DNA of 56,758 nt from positions 1 to 56,758 of the forward strand of contig JALJEE010003153.1 in NCBI GenBank assembly GCA_023231475.1. Direction: 5' to 3'. Positions 1 to 13,538 of this stretch are shown here, in pieces. The position numbers and the translations under genes are program-made. How positions within the stretch are numbered: the stretch's first letter is position 1; the number at the start of each line of letters is the position of its first letter. The notes beneath the pieces were generated by a model. The model saw nothing but the letters and a program-made list of their open reading frames with translations. It did not search any database and was not told the DNA's origin. Source of the DNA: Seison nebaliae. Its lineage: Eukaryota.

Positions 1-14
1 TAAATTATTTATAC

Positions 15-140
15 AAGGGTGACGAAATCACCGAATTTATTAAAACAAGGAGACGAATTGTCCGTTTTAAAGGCGACGAATTGTCCGAATCAGAAAAAAA
101 AAGGTGACGAAATTTAAGGGTGACGAAATCACCGTGATTC
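15..140. repeat. Cluster of five GG(T/A/C)GACGAA(A/T)T-type repeats, probably the subterminal end of a DNA transposon
   Basis: An exact 19-mer aagggtgacgaaatcaccg occurs at 15-33 and 116-134, with variants at about 49, 71 and 101. The exact copies contain the dyad ggtga-cgaaa-tcacc. The transposon interpretation is inference; the other end lies outside the window. Confidence 0.6.
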
Positions 141-1232
141 TTATTAACGTATAAAGAGTGTATAAAAAAAATTTGCACAGTATTAAAATGGTTCAATACT
201 CAATAGAAAGAAACTTATTGAGAAGTGTCTCATTTTGCCCCAACAGACGATACATGTCAATTTTTTTTCATTAGTACATCTATTTGTAAAAATAATGAAA
301 ATCAGTTATCAAATTTCTGTTTACATTATGTTTCAAGTAACCGACAAGTAACTCGTAAGAAATGTAGGTGTGTAGATAGAAATTATTAAAATTTAATTAA
401 AATTCAAAATTGTCTGATTAAGAAGATGAAATATATTTGTTGCGTAGAATGGAAAGGTTTCCCTTACTCATGCATTCATCATGTTTTCCCAATATCGAAA
501 TATAAAGTTATTGAAAATTGTTATGTTTGGACCTCTTGAAATGAATCTCCTAATTCAATCGAATAATATGTAAAACAAATGTATAAGAATCGTTTACAAT
601 CATGACATATTGCAGTTGCGAATGAGCAAGCGCTGTGTTTAATGTAAATTTCACGTGAATAAGGAATGTTTGTGTTTCGTGACTTTTGTGAATTTTCTTC
701 TCATAGAGAGGAGGAAAGAGAAAATGACGAATTGGAAGGAAGCGTTTGTAAGGTAAGGAAGGAGAAAATGAGATAGAATTAGGATTAGTAGACAGAAGGG
801 ATTAAAAGGAGTAAACTGAGTAATTAAGATGATCCCTGCTCGAAATCGTATTGTTGGAAGTAGGGATCGAAGTGTGACGTTGAAGAAATGGAAATAGAAT
901 GAATAATGTTTGAATATTTCAAAAATATTTAAATGTTTAGCGTTAAGACGCTTATGGTTGGTAATGGAAGTTAGCAATTTCACCCAGTTTCTCCTCTGTT
1001 TTATTACTTTTCTACATTGTGGAGATGATCCTATTCTATTTCTGTTTCTATTCTTCTTCAAAAATTGAAGAATCAAAAAATATTTCTCTTACAAATAAAA
1101 ATATTTCATCTTTTCCCATTTAATATCTTTTCAGATATTTATCTTATAATTCAGTCCGTATTAAGTTTATTAATTGTCATTCGACTACCTCCTGTTCGAA
1201 CTAACTAATCTTCTGGTGGTAAATAATCGAGA

Positions 1233-3643
1233 ATGATGGAGAAGGATGATAATGTTTCCATAAAGAAAGTTGACTCTAAGTGGAAATTATGTTTCAAAAA
1301 GTACTCATTCTTATTAGCCATCGTGTTAGTACCGATTTTGGGAGCGATTCCGATGATGATAAATCCATCTTCTTCCATTACACGATGTGCTTTTGCTGCG
1401 GTAGTCGTTATTGGTTATTGGGTGTGTAATGTCATGCCACTCGCTATCACTTCCCTTTTACCTTGTGTCCTCTTTCCCATGTTGGGCATAGCACCAGTTG
1501 GAGAGATGACATTGAATTACATGAAAGTTTCATTATCTATTCTCATCAATCCAATGGAAATCTCTCATGTTTCTGTTGTGAAAGGATGTCAATGTTTTGT
1601 TTATTGGGGGATTGTTAGTTGCGATTGCGATCGAACGATGGAATTTACACAAGCGGATTGCGTTGGGTGTTCTGTTGAAAGCTGGAAGTAAAATTAAATG
1701 GCTTCTTGCTGGTTTCTCTTTGGTGACGGGATTCCTCAGTATGTGGTTGTCCAATGTAGCTACTACTGCTATGATGATACCGATAGCTGCTGCTGTCATG
1801 CAAGAATTGATTGATGTATGGGAAGCAAAATTGAATGGAACCGATTGTTTCTTTTTTATATTAATTCCATGTTTTCATCATTTATTCTTCATCAGCTTCA
1901 ATTCCAGGAAATTCATCCGCTTTAATTGTGGATGATGACAATGAAGCCCGACTCGTTTTCAAAGACAACGAAGATATTCCGTTGAAAGGAGAGTTAGAAT
2001 GATTTATTGATGTTGATGGAAAATTGATCTTTTTCTAAAGTAATGAAGAAGTGAGAATGATGAATGAGAAAGAAATTGCGGCGAAACAAATCGAACGATT
2101 AACTCGAGTTCAGAAAGGTTTATCTTTCATTCTTTTCTTTTCATCTCCTCTTTTCCTTTCAGCTCTTTTATTTAGTGTTCCGTTTGCATCAAGTATCGGT
2201 GGTACAGGTGCATTGACTGGAACAGCGCCAAATATTATCATGAACGGTCAAATAAATCGATATTTTCCTGATAATAATTTGAACTTTCTAAATTATATGA
2301 TGTTCAATGTTCCCAATGCATTCATTTGTCTCATTGCAATGTGGTTCTTCCTTCTCATCTTCTACTGTCGTGAAGAGTTCCTTCTTATTTCATTCTTATA
2401 TTCTCTCATTTTTATTTCGTGATCTCATGATAGATTGACTGGAATGTTCAAAAAATTGACACCAGCAGATGAACAAGCGGCAGAAGTGATAAAAAGTGTT
2501 GTAAGAAGAAAATATGAAGAATTGGGAGTCATCTCGTTTACTCTTTCATCTCATTGTCATTATATATTCATTTTTTCTATGTGTTTATTTATGAAATAGA
2601 TTTGCCGAGAAACTCGTCCTCGTTCATTTCATTGGACTTGCTTTACTCTGGATAACAAGAGAACCACAATTCGTACCTGGATGGTCATATTTCTTTACCA
2701 AAGGGTTAATTAACCTCATCAAAATTTGTTGTTTATTGACATAAACATCTGATTCATCTCATTTGTATCTGGACAGATATGTCAAGGACGCTGTACCCTC
2801 CGTATTCATCGCTGTCCTCTTATTTTTTATGCCGAGTGAACGACCGTCAATGGAAAGTCATTTTTAATATTCAACTTCTTATCCAATCATTCTTCTCTTC
2901 TCATCCAGTTTCAAGTTTAAAGAAGAAATATGTACCATTATTGGAATGGAAAAATGTCAAAGAAAAATTTCCTTGGGACGCCATTCTATTGTTGGGTGGT
3001 GGATTCGCTCTAGCCGACGGTTTCAAGGTTCAATCCATTTATATTCTCTCCTCACAATCTATCTTGTGTTCGATGATCTTTTCTAGAAATCGAAATTCAC
3101 TGATTATATTGCACAACAACTGTCTGGAATCTTATCATTACCGGGACCGGTAGTCCTAATCATCATCATTGTGGTAGTACTCATTTGTACGTCGGTGACA
3201 TCGAACACTTCCGTCGCCACCATATTTGTCCCAATTGCATGTGAATTAGTTACTCATTATTTTTTTCATCTCAATTAGTGATTCATCTCATTGATATATA
3301 GGCTCAAATCGCGAGAATTCATCCTTTCTATTTCGCTCTACCAGTGAATGCTGCATCTTCTTTCGCTTTCATTCTACCCGTATCCACTCCTCCCAATGCC
3401 ATCACATTATCATATACGGATAAGATCAATATTAATGAAATGGTGAAAATTGGCAGTTTCATTACCGTGACTACAGGAGTCATTCTGTATATTATGATGA
3501 ATACATTAGGACGGGCACTTTTCTCTTTATCCACATTTCCCGATTGGGCGGAGAAACAAAATGAGACATTGGCATCATTCGTAACAAGCACCGTCTTCTC
3601 CTCCACCACAACTTCCCTATTAAATGGCACGATCAATTTATAA
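1233..3643 (+). CDS. SLC13A: SLC13 (DASS/Indy) sodium-dicarboxylate/citrate/sulfate cotransporter, 11 exons
   Basis: Motifs [70 protein letters not shown] and [13 protein letters not shown]. Ten GT-AG introns restore a continuous frame. Confidence 0.95.
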
Positions 3644-3883
3644 ATTCAACTTTTGGGGCACTCATTTTCAAAAGCTTTTTCATTTCAATCCAAACAAATT
3701 TCATACACATCTGCTAAAATCTGATGAGTGATGAGATAGATGAGTAGAAGAAATAAATGAAAGAATGAAAGAAAAAACTATTTTTCTTTTCTCCTAACTA
3801 CTAACATGTTCTATCCAAATAATTTTCTTTTGTTTTCTCTACTTCCCGATCATCCGATAAAAGAACGACGGAATATATTTATG

Positions 3884-3886
<3 letters not shown>

Positions 3887-3925
<39 letters not shown>
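3887..3925. repeat. (CT)n microsatellite
   Basis: Direct reading. Similar (GA)n tracts lie at 6271-6299 and 8830-8858 inside IFT172 introns. Confidence 0.95.
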
Positions 3926-3928
<3 letters not shown>

Positions 3929-4213
3929 TACTTTAATTACTAAAATTAATCATGTAAATTTAAGTGGAACATAATTTTATATTCCAAACAAAGTCTATCG
4001 TCAATTTATTTCAATTAGTTAGTGAGAGAGAATTTATTATTTTTTTTTTTGATTATTATTTCTCTAACAAAATCGTCAATATTTGATTTGTTCACTTCAC
4101 TCATCAATCTTCATTCACGTTCTACGATTTATTGGAATTCAGTTTTTCTTCCTTTAATTCTCATTCTTTTCTTGACGTAAAACGTTTTTTTTTCTTAATA
4201 AATTAGAATATTT

Positions 4214-6266
4214 TCACATTCTTTCTCCGTTCGATTCTGTCCACTTGCAAATAAATCGGTAATAATCGTTCAACGGAGGATTACTCATTTTATATTTCTA
4301 AAATTGTTGTTAATGTGATAGGAGAGAAGAGAAAAATGATTTTGAAACTTGACATATATCAATGAATGTATTCCAATCATCTCGATTTGCATAAAGTTTA
4401 TTATTAGGAAATGAAATCATCGTGTTCGAATTACGACAGGGATAACCTGTGAGAAAGGGAAGATTATGGGAAAGGAGTACGTAATAATGAACGAACCAGT
4501 TATTACACATGTTGGCAATTCGATTTCCTTATATTTAATTGTAGCATCGAAGCAATCACGATCATCAGTTCGTAATTTTTGTTCAATATTCGTTTCTTGA
4601 CTCATCAAATAAAGAAGTTCTTCTCTCAACTCATCAACCTTGTCTTTCTGAAAGTGTAAAAAGAAAGAAAAAAAAAAGAAATTATAAGAAAAAGGAAAGA
4701 AATAAATGGAAACTGGTAGATAAGATGATTTGGGCAATTCCATTTTTTTTGGAATATCTGTATTATTCAAAAGACTTATGTCAAGATCTTCGTTTCTACC
4801 AGAGTCAATCAATTCTTGAATATCGAGGAAATAATTGAAGAAGAATAATTTCTGCTCAAGCCATCCTTGTCGATGAGATGCCAATCCAGCGTTATAAAAT
4901 GCACGATCAGCCGGATATATATCGACGAAGCGAACTAAAGAAATAATTAATTTATTTCGAATACTCTCCAAATCTCTTAAATTCTCCAATGCGACAATAG
5001 CCGATGATCGATAGGCCACCGTAAATAATTTCTTGAATTGCATATGATATTGTTGATCACGATCGGAATTGGTGAATTGATCAATCTATAAATGAATGAG
5101 AAGAGAAATGACATGAATCAAACAACAATCGAACTAGTAATCGGTAAAGTTCTCGGATATCTGCCCAACGTTCATAAGAATCATTCCCATATTTAGTCAT
5201 TACCGTCACCGTATCATTATAAAACTTTTTATATAATCCATAATTCTATTAATGAAATGACTTATTGGATTATGTGGGGGAGGTTGAAGAAGGAAACTTG
5301 ACTTAAATTAGTAATTCCATATTCTTTGAATAATTTAATGGCTTGTATTGTGTCTTGAGAATCGATGAAAGTCATGGCGCATGTGGCCAATTGTTTTTGA
5401 AACTCCGTTTCACCCTGACAAGAGATTGAACATATTTTAGAATTATTAAATGAAACTTTCTCTTTAGCTTTCGTCAATGCTTCTCTCCAATTACCTTTCT
5501 CCATAAGAAGCGAGATTGCTTTATCTTTGTCCAATGCTGCCAATTTTGTCGTATCTCCGGCTTCATATAATTTAGTCTTATATTCCTGTTCTACTCGTTT
5601 TCGTAATTTGGAAGAGATGTCAAAACGATCTTGAGCGCAACATCTTGCTGCTTTCTCATATTCCCCATTGTCCAATAACAATTCAATCGCTTCATCATAT
5701 TCATCGGCATAAAGGAAATATTCGCTAGCTTTTGTATACAATTGCTGCTTTTTAAACTTTGTTGCAACAACACTCATTGTCTTTTTAGCATCTTGTTCAT
5801 TGAAATGTTTCTTCGCCAAACTAACGCCTCGTTCCCAATATGAAGTTAATACTTTCTTGTCGTTGAAGTCTTGTGAGGTCAATTGTACATAAATACTCAC
5901 TGCCTTATGAATATTACCTCGTTTCACAAAAGTTTCCGCTTGTTCCAAACGTTGTTCCATTCCGAAACCACTTCTGTCAATGTCTCGCCGATCTGCTTCC
6001 TCTCTCAGATCTTCATAATATTGTGGTAGATGTATATGACAGAACTTCAACGCTTCCTTCCACATTCCTCGACTCTTGTACAAATCAATGACTAATTGGG
6101 ATCTTTTCGCTTCCACCAACAATGTTTCGGTTAATTCATAATCCTGAGATTCGAATGCATCCTTAGCCTCCGCCATCATAATCTCTGTCAACAGAACTTC
6201 TCGTTGTGAGATTGTACTCTCAGCAATTCGTTTCGCATTCCCCCAATCCTGCTTATGGATATACCT

Positions 6267-6301
<35 letters not shown>

Positions 6302-8825
6302 ATTTTAAATAAAAATATTCTTTTCGACTAACATCATCATCGCTTCTCGAGGTTTCTTACAAATTAAATATTTTCGTTCAGCTTCTTCCAAATTTCCCTC
6401 ATCCTCAAGATAAAGTGCATGATGTAAATGAAAGTCGAGGAGAAGTTGAGGAGAATTACTTCGATCCGCTAAATTATATGCTAAATCGAAATCTCTATAA
6501 AGTGGAATGTAACAAATAGTTTTTTGGAGTATGAAATGAATAAACTCGTTTGTACGTTTCTCAATAACGAATCGAACGAAGTTCTCTAAGAAATTGTATT
6601 TCCTAAACATTCGAACCGATGCCGCTGGTCCAAGCCGTTTCGTCCACTCATATCCAACTTTTTCAGCTTCTTCAATTCCACCATAAACCTTCGCTACTCG
6701 GAAAGCATCTTCATATTGGTCAATCTTCTTATACATGTCCACTGCTTTGCTCCACATTTCTGCCGAAACATAATGCGATTCGGCATGTCTATAATTTTTA
6801 GTCTTAATCAGATTCTCCGCCAATTTCCCATGTGTCTGACTTAAGATATTCGGCTCATATTCTTTCACTAGACGGACGACTGAATCATACATATTGGCGT
6901 CATAATACATTTTGACAGCTGCTTTAACGTCTCCCAATTTTATATACAATTTCTCCGCTTCTCGATGTTTACATTGAGTGCCGAGTTGTTTCGCCAATTC
7001 CATAAACGTCTCTGAAATTTCTTTTTCACTCAAATACATTTTTGCTAATTTAAATGATTTATCCCATTCGTTCGCTCGATAATACATTTCTATACAATCT
7101 TTATAATATTCTCCTTCGATGAATGCTTTTTCTGCTTTCTAATCAAAATGAATATGAAAATTCTCGTATAAATCAACAATAGAAGAAAAGAAGATATACC
7201 TTAAACTCTCGAATCTGACCAAAATATTTCCCAATGATTTTCCAGTTTTCATTAATTTCTTTCATATCCTCCGAATTCAACGACTTCATTAAGTCCATCG
7301 ATTTCTCAAATTGTCCCGCTTTGATTCCAGCTGATATTGCATTTTTAATGTCACTAAATGATAATAATAAAGTGGATAAATAAAATTAGTTTAATTTTAC
7401 AATTCCAATATACAAACTGGGCTTCGATGAAATGATTAATTGCTGCATCCCATCGTTTCTCTTCCACCAAATATTTCGCCCATTTCTTCTGGATTTCAAG
7501 CACAACATTTGGTTCATGTTGTCTCGCTGTCTCCACCGCTACAAATCATAAGAGAAATGTTATCGTCTAATTGAGAAAGAAGAAAATTTGAAACCTTTGG
7601 AATATGCATTACCTTTAATATAATAACTAATTGCCTCGTTATACATGTGAAGAATATTAAACAAATCTGCTGCCTGTTCATCAAATTCTTTCTTCACCAA
7701 CGATCTTGCCATTGCCTCAACATATTCCCGATGATCTCGACTCACATTATCATTCCTTAGAACAACCATCGCTGCTTTCGTTGGCATTCCTGCAGTCATA
7801 TAATTTTCGATGGCATCGATAAATTGTCCTTCTTTCTCTTTTAATTCTCCTGCTTTCTGATGTTGTTTCGTCTCTTCTAACCACGAAAAATATTTCTCCA
7901 AAAGTTCAGGTAATTTAACATAGTTCTATAATCAATGAAAAAATAGTTTGTTTCTAACAAAATTTTTATATACGAACTCGTTGTTCTGCCAAGTTGATGG
8001 CATCCTTCCATTTGTCCACTAAAATATACATTTCAATCGCACCCTCGATATCATTATGTTCCAGAAAGAGATTTTCTGCTAAAGCGAAATTTTTATCCAA
8101 TATATGAACTCGAGTCTTTATTGTATAATCGTCCATCGCTTCCTTCCACGTGTCGTAATGTTTCTTATCAACAATCGATTTGGCAATGTCATTCGTAGCA
8201 CGAATAAATCGTGCTTTCGATGGTATTTTCAATGCAGCGTAACAACGTTCAGCAATCATCGTCTCATGTTTCTCCATTGCGGCAATAGCCAATTTCATCC
8301 ACAAACCATCAGAACCGTCAACCGTTTCAAGGTAATCTAATGCTTTATTCAATTTTCCGGCACTAACTGATGTGTCGAATTCGATCAATTTGTTATCTAA
8401 TTCAATTTCCGTTTTTCCTAACGATTCTTGTATGATGACTTTCGTTTTCTTTCGTTCTCGAATAATTTCATCCACTTCACCTTTGCATGGTTTCTTTTCC
8501 GGATTATCCGGCATTTTGATGTTATACCAAACACACAGATTATCACGATTCTGAGCAATTACAATATCCGAGTCGGGAAGCCAACTCACATATCGACAAT
8601 ATTCCATTAAACATCTTTTCTCATTCTTCTCCACATCAAATAAATGGAGCTGGAAAGAAGAAGAGAATAATTTTCAATAATATATATATATATATATGAA
8701 GAAAACTCTCAATTTTCTATCTCGAAACAATAAAAATTCACCAGTTTCATTCAATTCCAACCATTCGATTTTTGTCGTATGTGGAATTTGACAGATGTTC
8801 GTTTGTGCAATTATGTCAACTGAAA

Positions 8826-8863
<38 letters not shown>

Positions 8864-10507
8864 AAATATCATTCTCAATTTCAAATCAACTAACCAATAC
8901 AAATTGTTCGCAGATCCATCAAATATGCCAATTTCTTATTCTCTTCTTCATCTTCCTGTTGTCTCTCGTTGAAGCGAACACTAATCAAATGTGGATTCTT
9001 AAATTCGGTTCGGACACTCGCTGTAATTTCTTGGAGACCATATTCGATTAAACTCAATTCGCCACTTGCAAAAACCATGGCGAGAGTGGGATTATCGAAA
9101 TAGAATTTCTCATTCGCACAACTCTCCCAAGCTACTTCGCTCAACAGTTTCGTTTGGATATCGCCTAATATGAGAGTATTGGATGTATAGGCAACCACAT
9201 ATCTATCTTTTCCATAAATTTTCAGATCTTGAATGTCTAAATCATATTTGGATTTGACAGTTAAAGATTTGGATGGATTATCCCGATCTGTTACATTATA
9301 TTGAGTCGACCGAACTTTCGTTACATCAAATCTTCCTCGTAAACTCTGTTTCTTCATTGTACATTCGAAAACGATAACCGTTCCAGTTAGTCCTCCTATG
9401 CACAATTTGGTGCAATCATTCGACCATGATAAACATGAGACAACGTAGAGATCTTTAATATATTTGGTAGCATGTATCTCATACTGATTCTTTCGAGGTA
9501 ACCAATTGAATAGATACAATCTTTTGTTTGAAATAGAATCAAATGAAGAAAGATAAAATAAATTTCTTATTAATAACTTATTAAATGTTCCAAAGACACA
9601 CATTTGTCCATTCGATGCCGCGACGGCACATCGAAATTCCTTTTCATCTTCTTCAGGATTCCGTTCAATTTGTTGTAACTGTTTACCAGAATTGGTATAA
9701 ACTACAATTCTTCGATCACATCCACCCACTAGAATATGGTTCGCTGTCCATGCAATGGCATACGGTGCCACAGAATGTTTGAAGACGTTACCATTCTTCT
9801 TATCATCACTCAAATGAGGATTGTTCTCTAAATTTAATCGATATACATTTCCATCCGCTTGAGCGATCAATAAACTGGAATAATCGAGACTGAAAAAAGA
9901 AAAGTAATTAATAATTAATTAATTAATTAACTAACTTTGGTGTTATTGATAAAATCATCGAATTAGTATTGATCATTATCGAACTTTTATTCTTTCTCAA
10001 ATGACTCTTCTTCACTTTACCATCCATCAATCCATAAATTATTTCATCTTTCACTGGCCAAATGACACAGGTAACAGGAGAAGGTTGTTTAAATTTCCCC
10101 ATTATCGATCGACGTTCACTCCAATCTTTCCCGATCGAATACACATAAATAACAGAATCAGTTTGTGCTACTGCTAATTTGGAGCCGTCGGGCGAAAAAA
10201 CAATTCCAGTTATGATGAAATTGTTACGACGATTCTTTAAAGAAATTAATTTGAAGAATTGACAAATATTCTCCAACTTCTGGTTCTGCAGGTTTCGATA
10301 AGAACTTCGCTTGTGAATTCCCATCATCATCATAACAACGGATTGTGCGAGTACTGTCACAGATGGCGAATTTCTTCCCATCGTTTGACCAAGCCATCGC
10401 CATAATGTTATTGTTTCCCGGCTGAAAATATATGATAAAATGAAAATCATAAGGAAAGTTGTAAGAACTTCGCCTTTCATCAAAACATTGAGACATTTCA
10501 ACTTCAT
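4214..10507 (-). CDS. IFT172: Intraflagellar transport protein 172 (WD40 + TPR), 19 exons
   Basis: FSPDGSKLAVAQTD, NEKFYFDNP, VRTEFKNPHLISVRFNER, KKLAYLMDLRTI, YVSWLPDSDIVIAQNRDNLCVWYNI, ALYLEDEG, KPREAMMMY, PADRAFYNAG and CVITGYP. Eighteen GT-AG introns join the ORF fragments from ATG 10507 to TGA 4214-4216. Confidence 0.96.
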
Positions 10508-10639
10508 CTTCCACCCGATTCAACAACCAGATCAGTTCTCTAATCAATTCAACTGTTTACCCGAATATTTATTCGGTTGGAGAGGGGAATGTAGATATTA
10601 TTCTGAAGAATTTTAAATAACGTTAACGGTCATTCTGAC

Positions 10640-10653
10640 GTTGTCATATCAAC
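10640..10653. promoter_or_regulatory. Candidate RFX X-box upstream of IFT172
   Basis: GTTGTCATATCAAC has one mismatch to GTHNYY-AT-RRNAAC and lies about 130 bp upstream of the ATG of a core ciliary gene, the expected position. Confidence 0.6.
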
Positions 10654-11138
10654 CGTGTCTATGGAAGGAAGAAGTCTATGGAAGAATTGATAAAGAAATG
10701 AATTGTCGATGAAACATTAATTATTTGAAAAGAAAGTTTACGGAAAAATAATAAAAATAATTAAATGAATAATATTTATAAGACATAAAGAATGAAATGA
10801 GAAGAAATTTGAGTAGTGGGAATGTTTATATGAAATGGAGAGAAAGATATTCGTATGAAAGAAAAAAGGAATGGGAAAATGAATAATGTTGTTTGTTGAA
10901 GAAGGAGGAATTATTAAGCAGATTTTTTGAATTAACAATAATAATAAATTATCGTTTGAAAGTAATTGTCAATTAAAAAGAATATGGGGAAGGAGATTAA
11001 TTTATTTTTTTCAACTTTTTTTTATTTATTTAAACTTTTCCGTTTGCTTTCCTTTTTCGTTCGATCGTTTTTTTTGTGTTAGTTTTTTCTGTTATCTCTC
11101 CAATCTATTCGTGCGATGGAAAGACGAATTGGACAACA

Positions 11139-13181
11139 ATGAAGTTTCTTTCTCTTCTCTCTCATTCTTTCTCATACTCGTCTTTATTAGCACAGTCATC
11201 AATTACATCAATCTGGAAACGACAACGAATCATTGTGGTTATTGCAGTGACGCTATTTATGGTTCATTTTCCTCCTTTTACTAACATTCAACAAATTTGA
11301 TTTTTAGGTCAAAAAACGAAGAGTGCCGGTTTGTGGGTGGATCGTGTAAAATGTGAAGATTATCAACTTCTAATGGATCGTGGATGGCGACGTTGTGGCC
11401 ACTATTATTATAAACCAAATCTCAAATATTCCTGTTGTCGATTGTACACGATCAGGTTTGCCTTTCCATTTCTAATTTGCTCATTTCATTCTCAATCTTT
11501 CTCAGATTAGAACCATTGAAATTAAATTTAAAAAAATCACAGAAAAATGTTCTTCGTAATTTCATCTCCTACATCGAAAATGGAGAGAAGAGATCTACGT
11601 CGTCACAACCCAAACCTTTTCCTTCCATCTATGAACAACGTCTCATTCGTTATCGTGCTATGCAGGCAGCGTATGGTTATCCGAAATCGAATGATGATGA
11701 TGTTTTTACTATCTTGCCTGTACAAGATAAAAAGAATCAAAAGACAACTGACGAGAGATATCATATTAATTCTTTTGAAGAGAATGGAGATGAGGCAGAC
11801 GAAGAAGAAGAAGAAGAAGAAGAAGAAATAAGAAATAATGAATTAAATAGCGAAAAAATTATAATCAACAGAAATTATAATAACAACAACAATAATAATT
11901 TAGATTGTCCGACAGGTAAAGCGAAAAGTCGACGATGGGCAATGAAAGTGAAAAGATTGTTTGATCAAAATCTCATTGAAACTGAAAACGGTTTTCTCAT
12001 TCATATTTCCCATTTTTTTTTTTCATCGTCTCGATTCGTATTTGTTGTGTTGAGTAGATGCACAAAACTTTCGGAAACATCATAATCGACCGAAATTGTT
12101 AGAGGAACGATTATCGATAAAGAAGGAATGTAAACATCAATTCGTTTGTCGTTTAGTCTTAGCCTCTACCATCTACTCGAACAAAAGGGCAAGCGATGAA
12201 GAGTTCGAACTCTACAAATCCTATCAAGAACTCATTCACAAAGATTACAAAAACTATAAAAATGATTTTGAAAATTTCCTGGTGAATAGTTCATTAGTGG
12301 ACGAATGTGAGAATTTAATATTTACTCATCCAAAATACAATCCACTCGAATGGGAGAATTCTACATTGTTGCCATTGAATTTCCAAGTGGAATCATTCCT
12401 CAATCAGAAATTGAAGAAAGGCAAATTAGTGTATGGATCATATCATGTCCAATATCGTATTGACGATTCGTTGATTGGTGTGAGTGTGATCGATATCCTT
12501 CCTCGAACTATTTCTTCCGTCTACTTCTTCTATGATGTCAAATTCGCCTTCCTCTCTCTTGGCACTTATTCGGCACTCTGCGAATCGGCATTAGTTCGAT
12601 CTCTTCATAATATCTCACCAATAATGGAATTCCTCTATCTCGGATTCTACATTCACAACAATCCCAAAATGGCATATAAAGTTATTTATTTTTCTTCTTC
12701 ATTTAATCCATAATAATTCTTCATTTAATCCATAATGGGAATCAGGGCAAATATTCACCCTCTTACATTTTATGTCCCGTCACTTATCATTGGGTCGACT
12801 TTCCAACGGCCGAAACTTATCTTAGTCAAGATAATTATTGTCCATTAGTTTCTCTCGATGGAGCATACGGTTCCTTTCCCTCAACTCTTCATTTTTCCTT
12901 TCAAATTATTTTCATTCTTTTCTTTCATAGACGCTGAAAGAATAATTCTGTTGGAAGAAGACGAATTCGTGAAACATTTGCGTCGAGTTGTCTTAGTAAA
13001 CGATGAAAAGAAGTTTCCATTCTCCGACGACGTCTTCTACCAAAATTTTCTTACTTCACACGGCACTACTGTTATTCGATATCTCCGTCATTATATGTAC
13101 AATGTGGGTCGGGAGTTCTGCGACAGATCAATGATTCATTTGTCCTTTTTCCTCCTCGATCACAGAGCAGGCACATCTTGA
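11139..13181 (+). CDS. ATE1: Arginyl-tRNA--protein transferase 1, 7 coding exons (first coding exon only ATGAA)
   Basis: The spliced product starts [20 protein letters not shown]. Further motifs are [61 protein letters not shown] and [16 protein letters not shown]. Six introns. Confidence 0.95.
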
Positions 13182-13382
13182 AAGAAAGACAGTAACGAAT
13201 CACTTCTTCATTATCATACTCCACACCACAACAATTTAGAGACTTTTCTATGTTCATACTATTATTTCTTATTTCTCTCTGATGAATTCAGTATTTACAG
13301 TGATATTATTTTACATCAGTAACATTCTTTTCTCTCAAAGAAAAAATTTTGGGATTAAAATTTTTTAAAAAAAATTTCTCCG

Positions 13383-13436
13383 AATATTCTTCTAATAAAT
13401 TCTTTAAATATTCTTCTAATAAATTCTTTAAATATT
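13383..13436. repeat. 24-bp tandem duplication between the convergent ATE1 and calmodulin-like 3' ends
   Basis: aatattcttctaataaattcttta occurs twice, followed by a partial copy. Confidence 0.8.
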
Positions 13437-13538
13437 TCTTTATTACGCGAACGACCATTAAATTAAGTGTTTGAAACGAGAATAGTTCATAGTGATGTCA
13501 TTTGGATTAATTTCCGTTTGTTGAAATTGACGACTCTT

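Noticed and set aside
15..140. CRISPR-like repeat-spacer appearance
   Set aside because: The context is eukaryotic, the spacers are short, irregular and low-complexity, and there are no cas genes.
651..1076. 141-aa minus-strand ORF and the many other 60-120 aa F/I/L/K-rich ORFs in intergenic DNA or antisense to real genes
   Set aside because: Composition matches AT-rich non-coding DNA or antisense shadows, many start at non-ATG codons, and none has a family motif.
12695..12736. 20-bp direct repeat (ttcttcatttaatccataat) in an ATE1 intron
   Set aside because: It looks like a simple slippage duplication with no sign of function.
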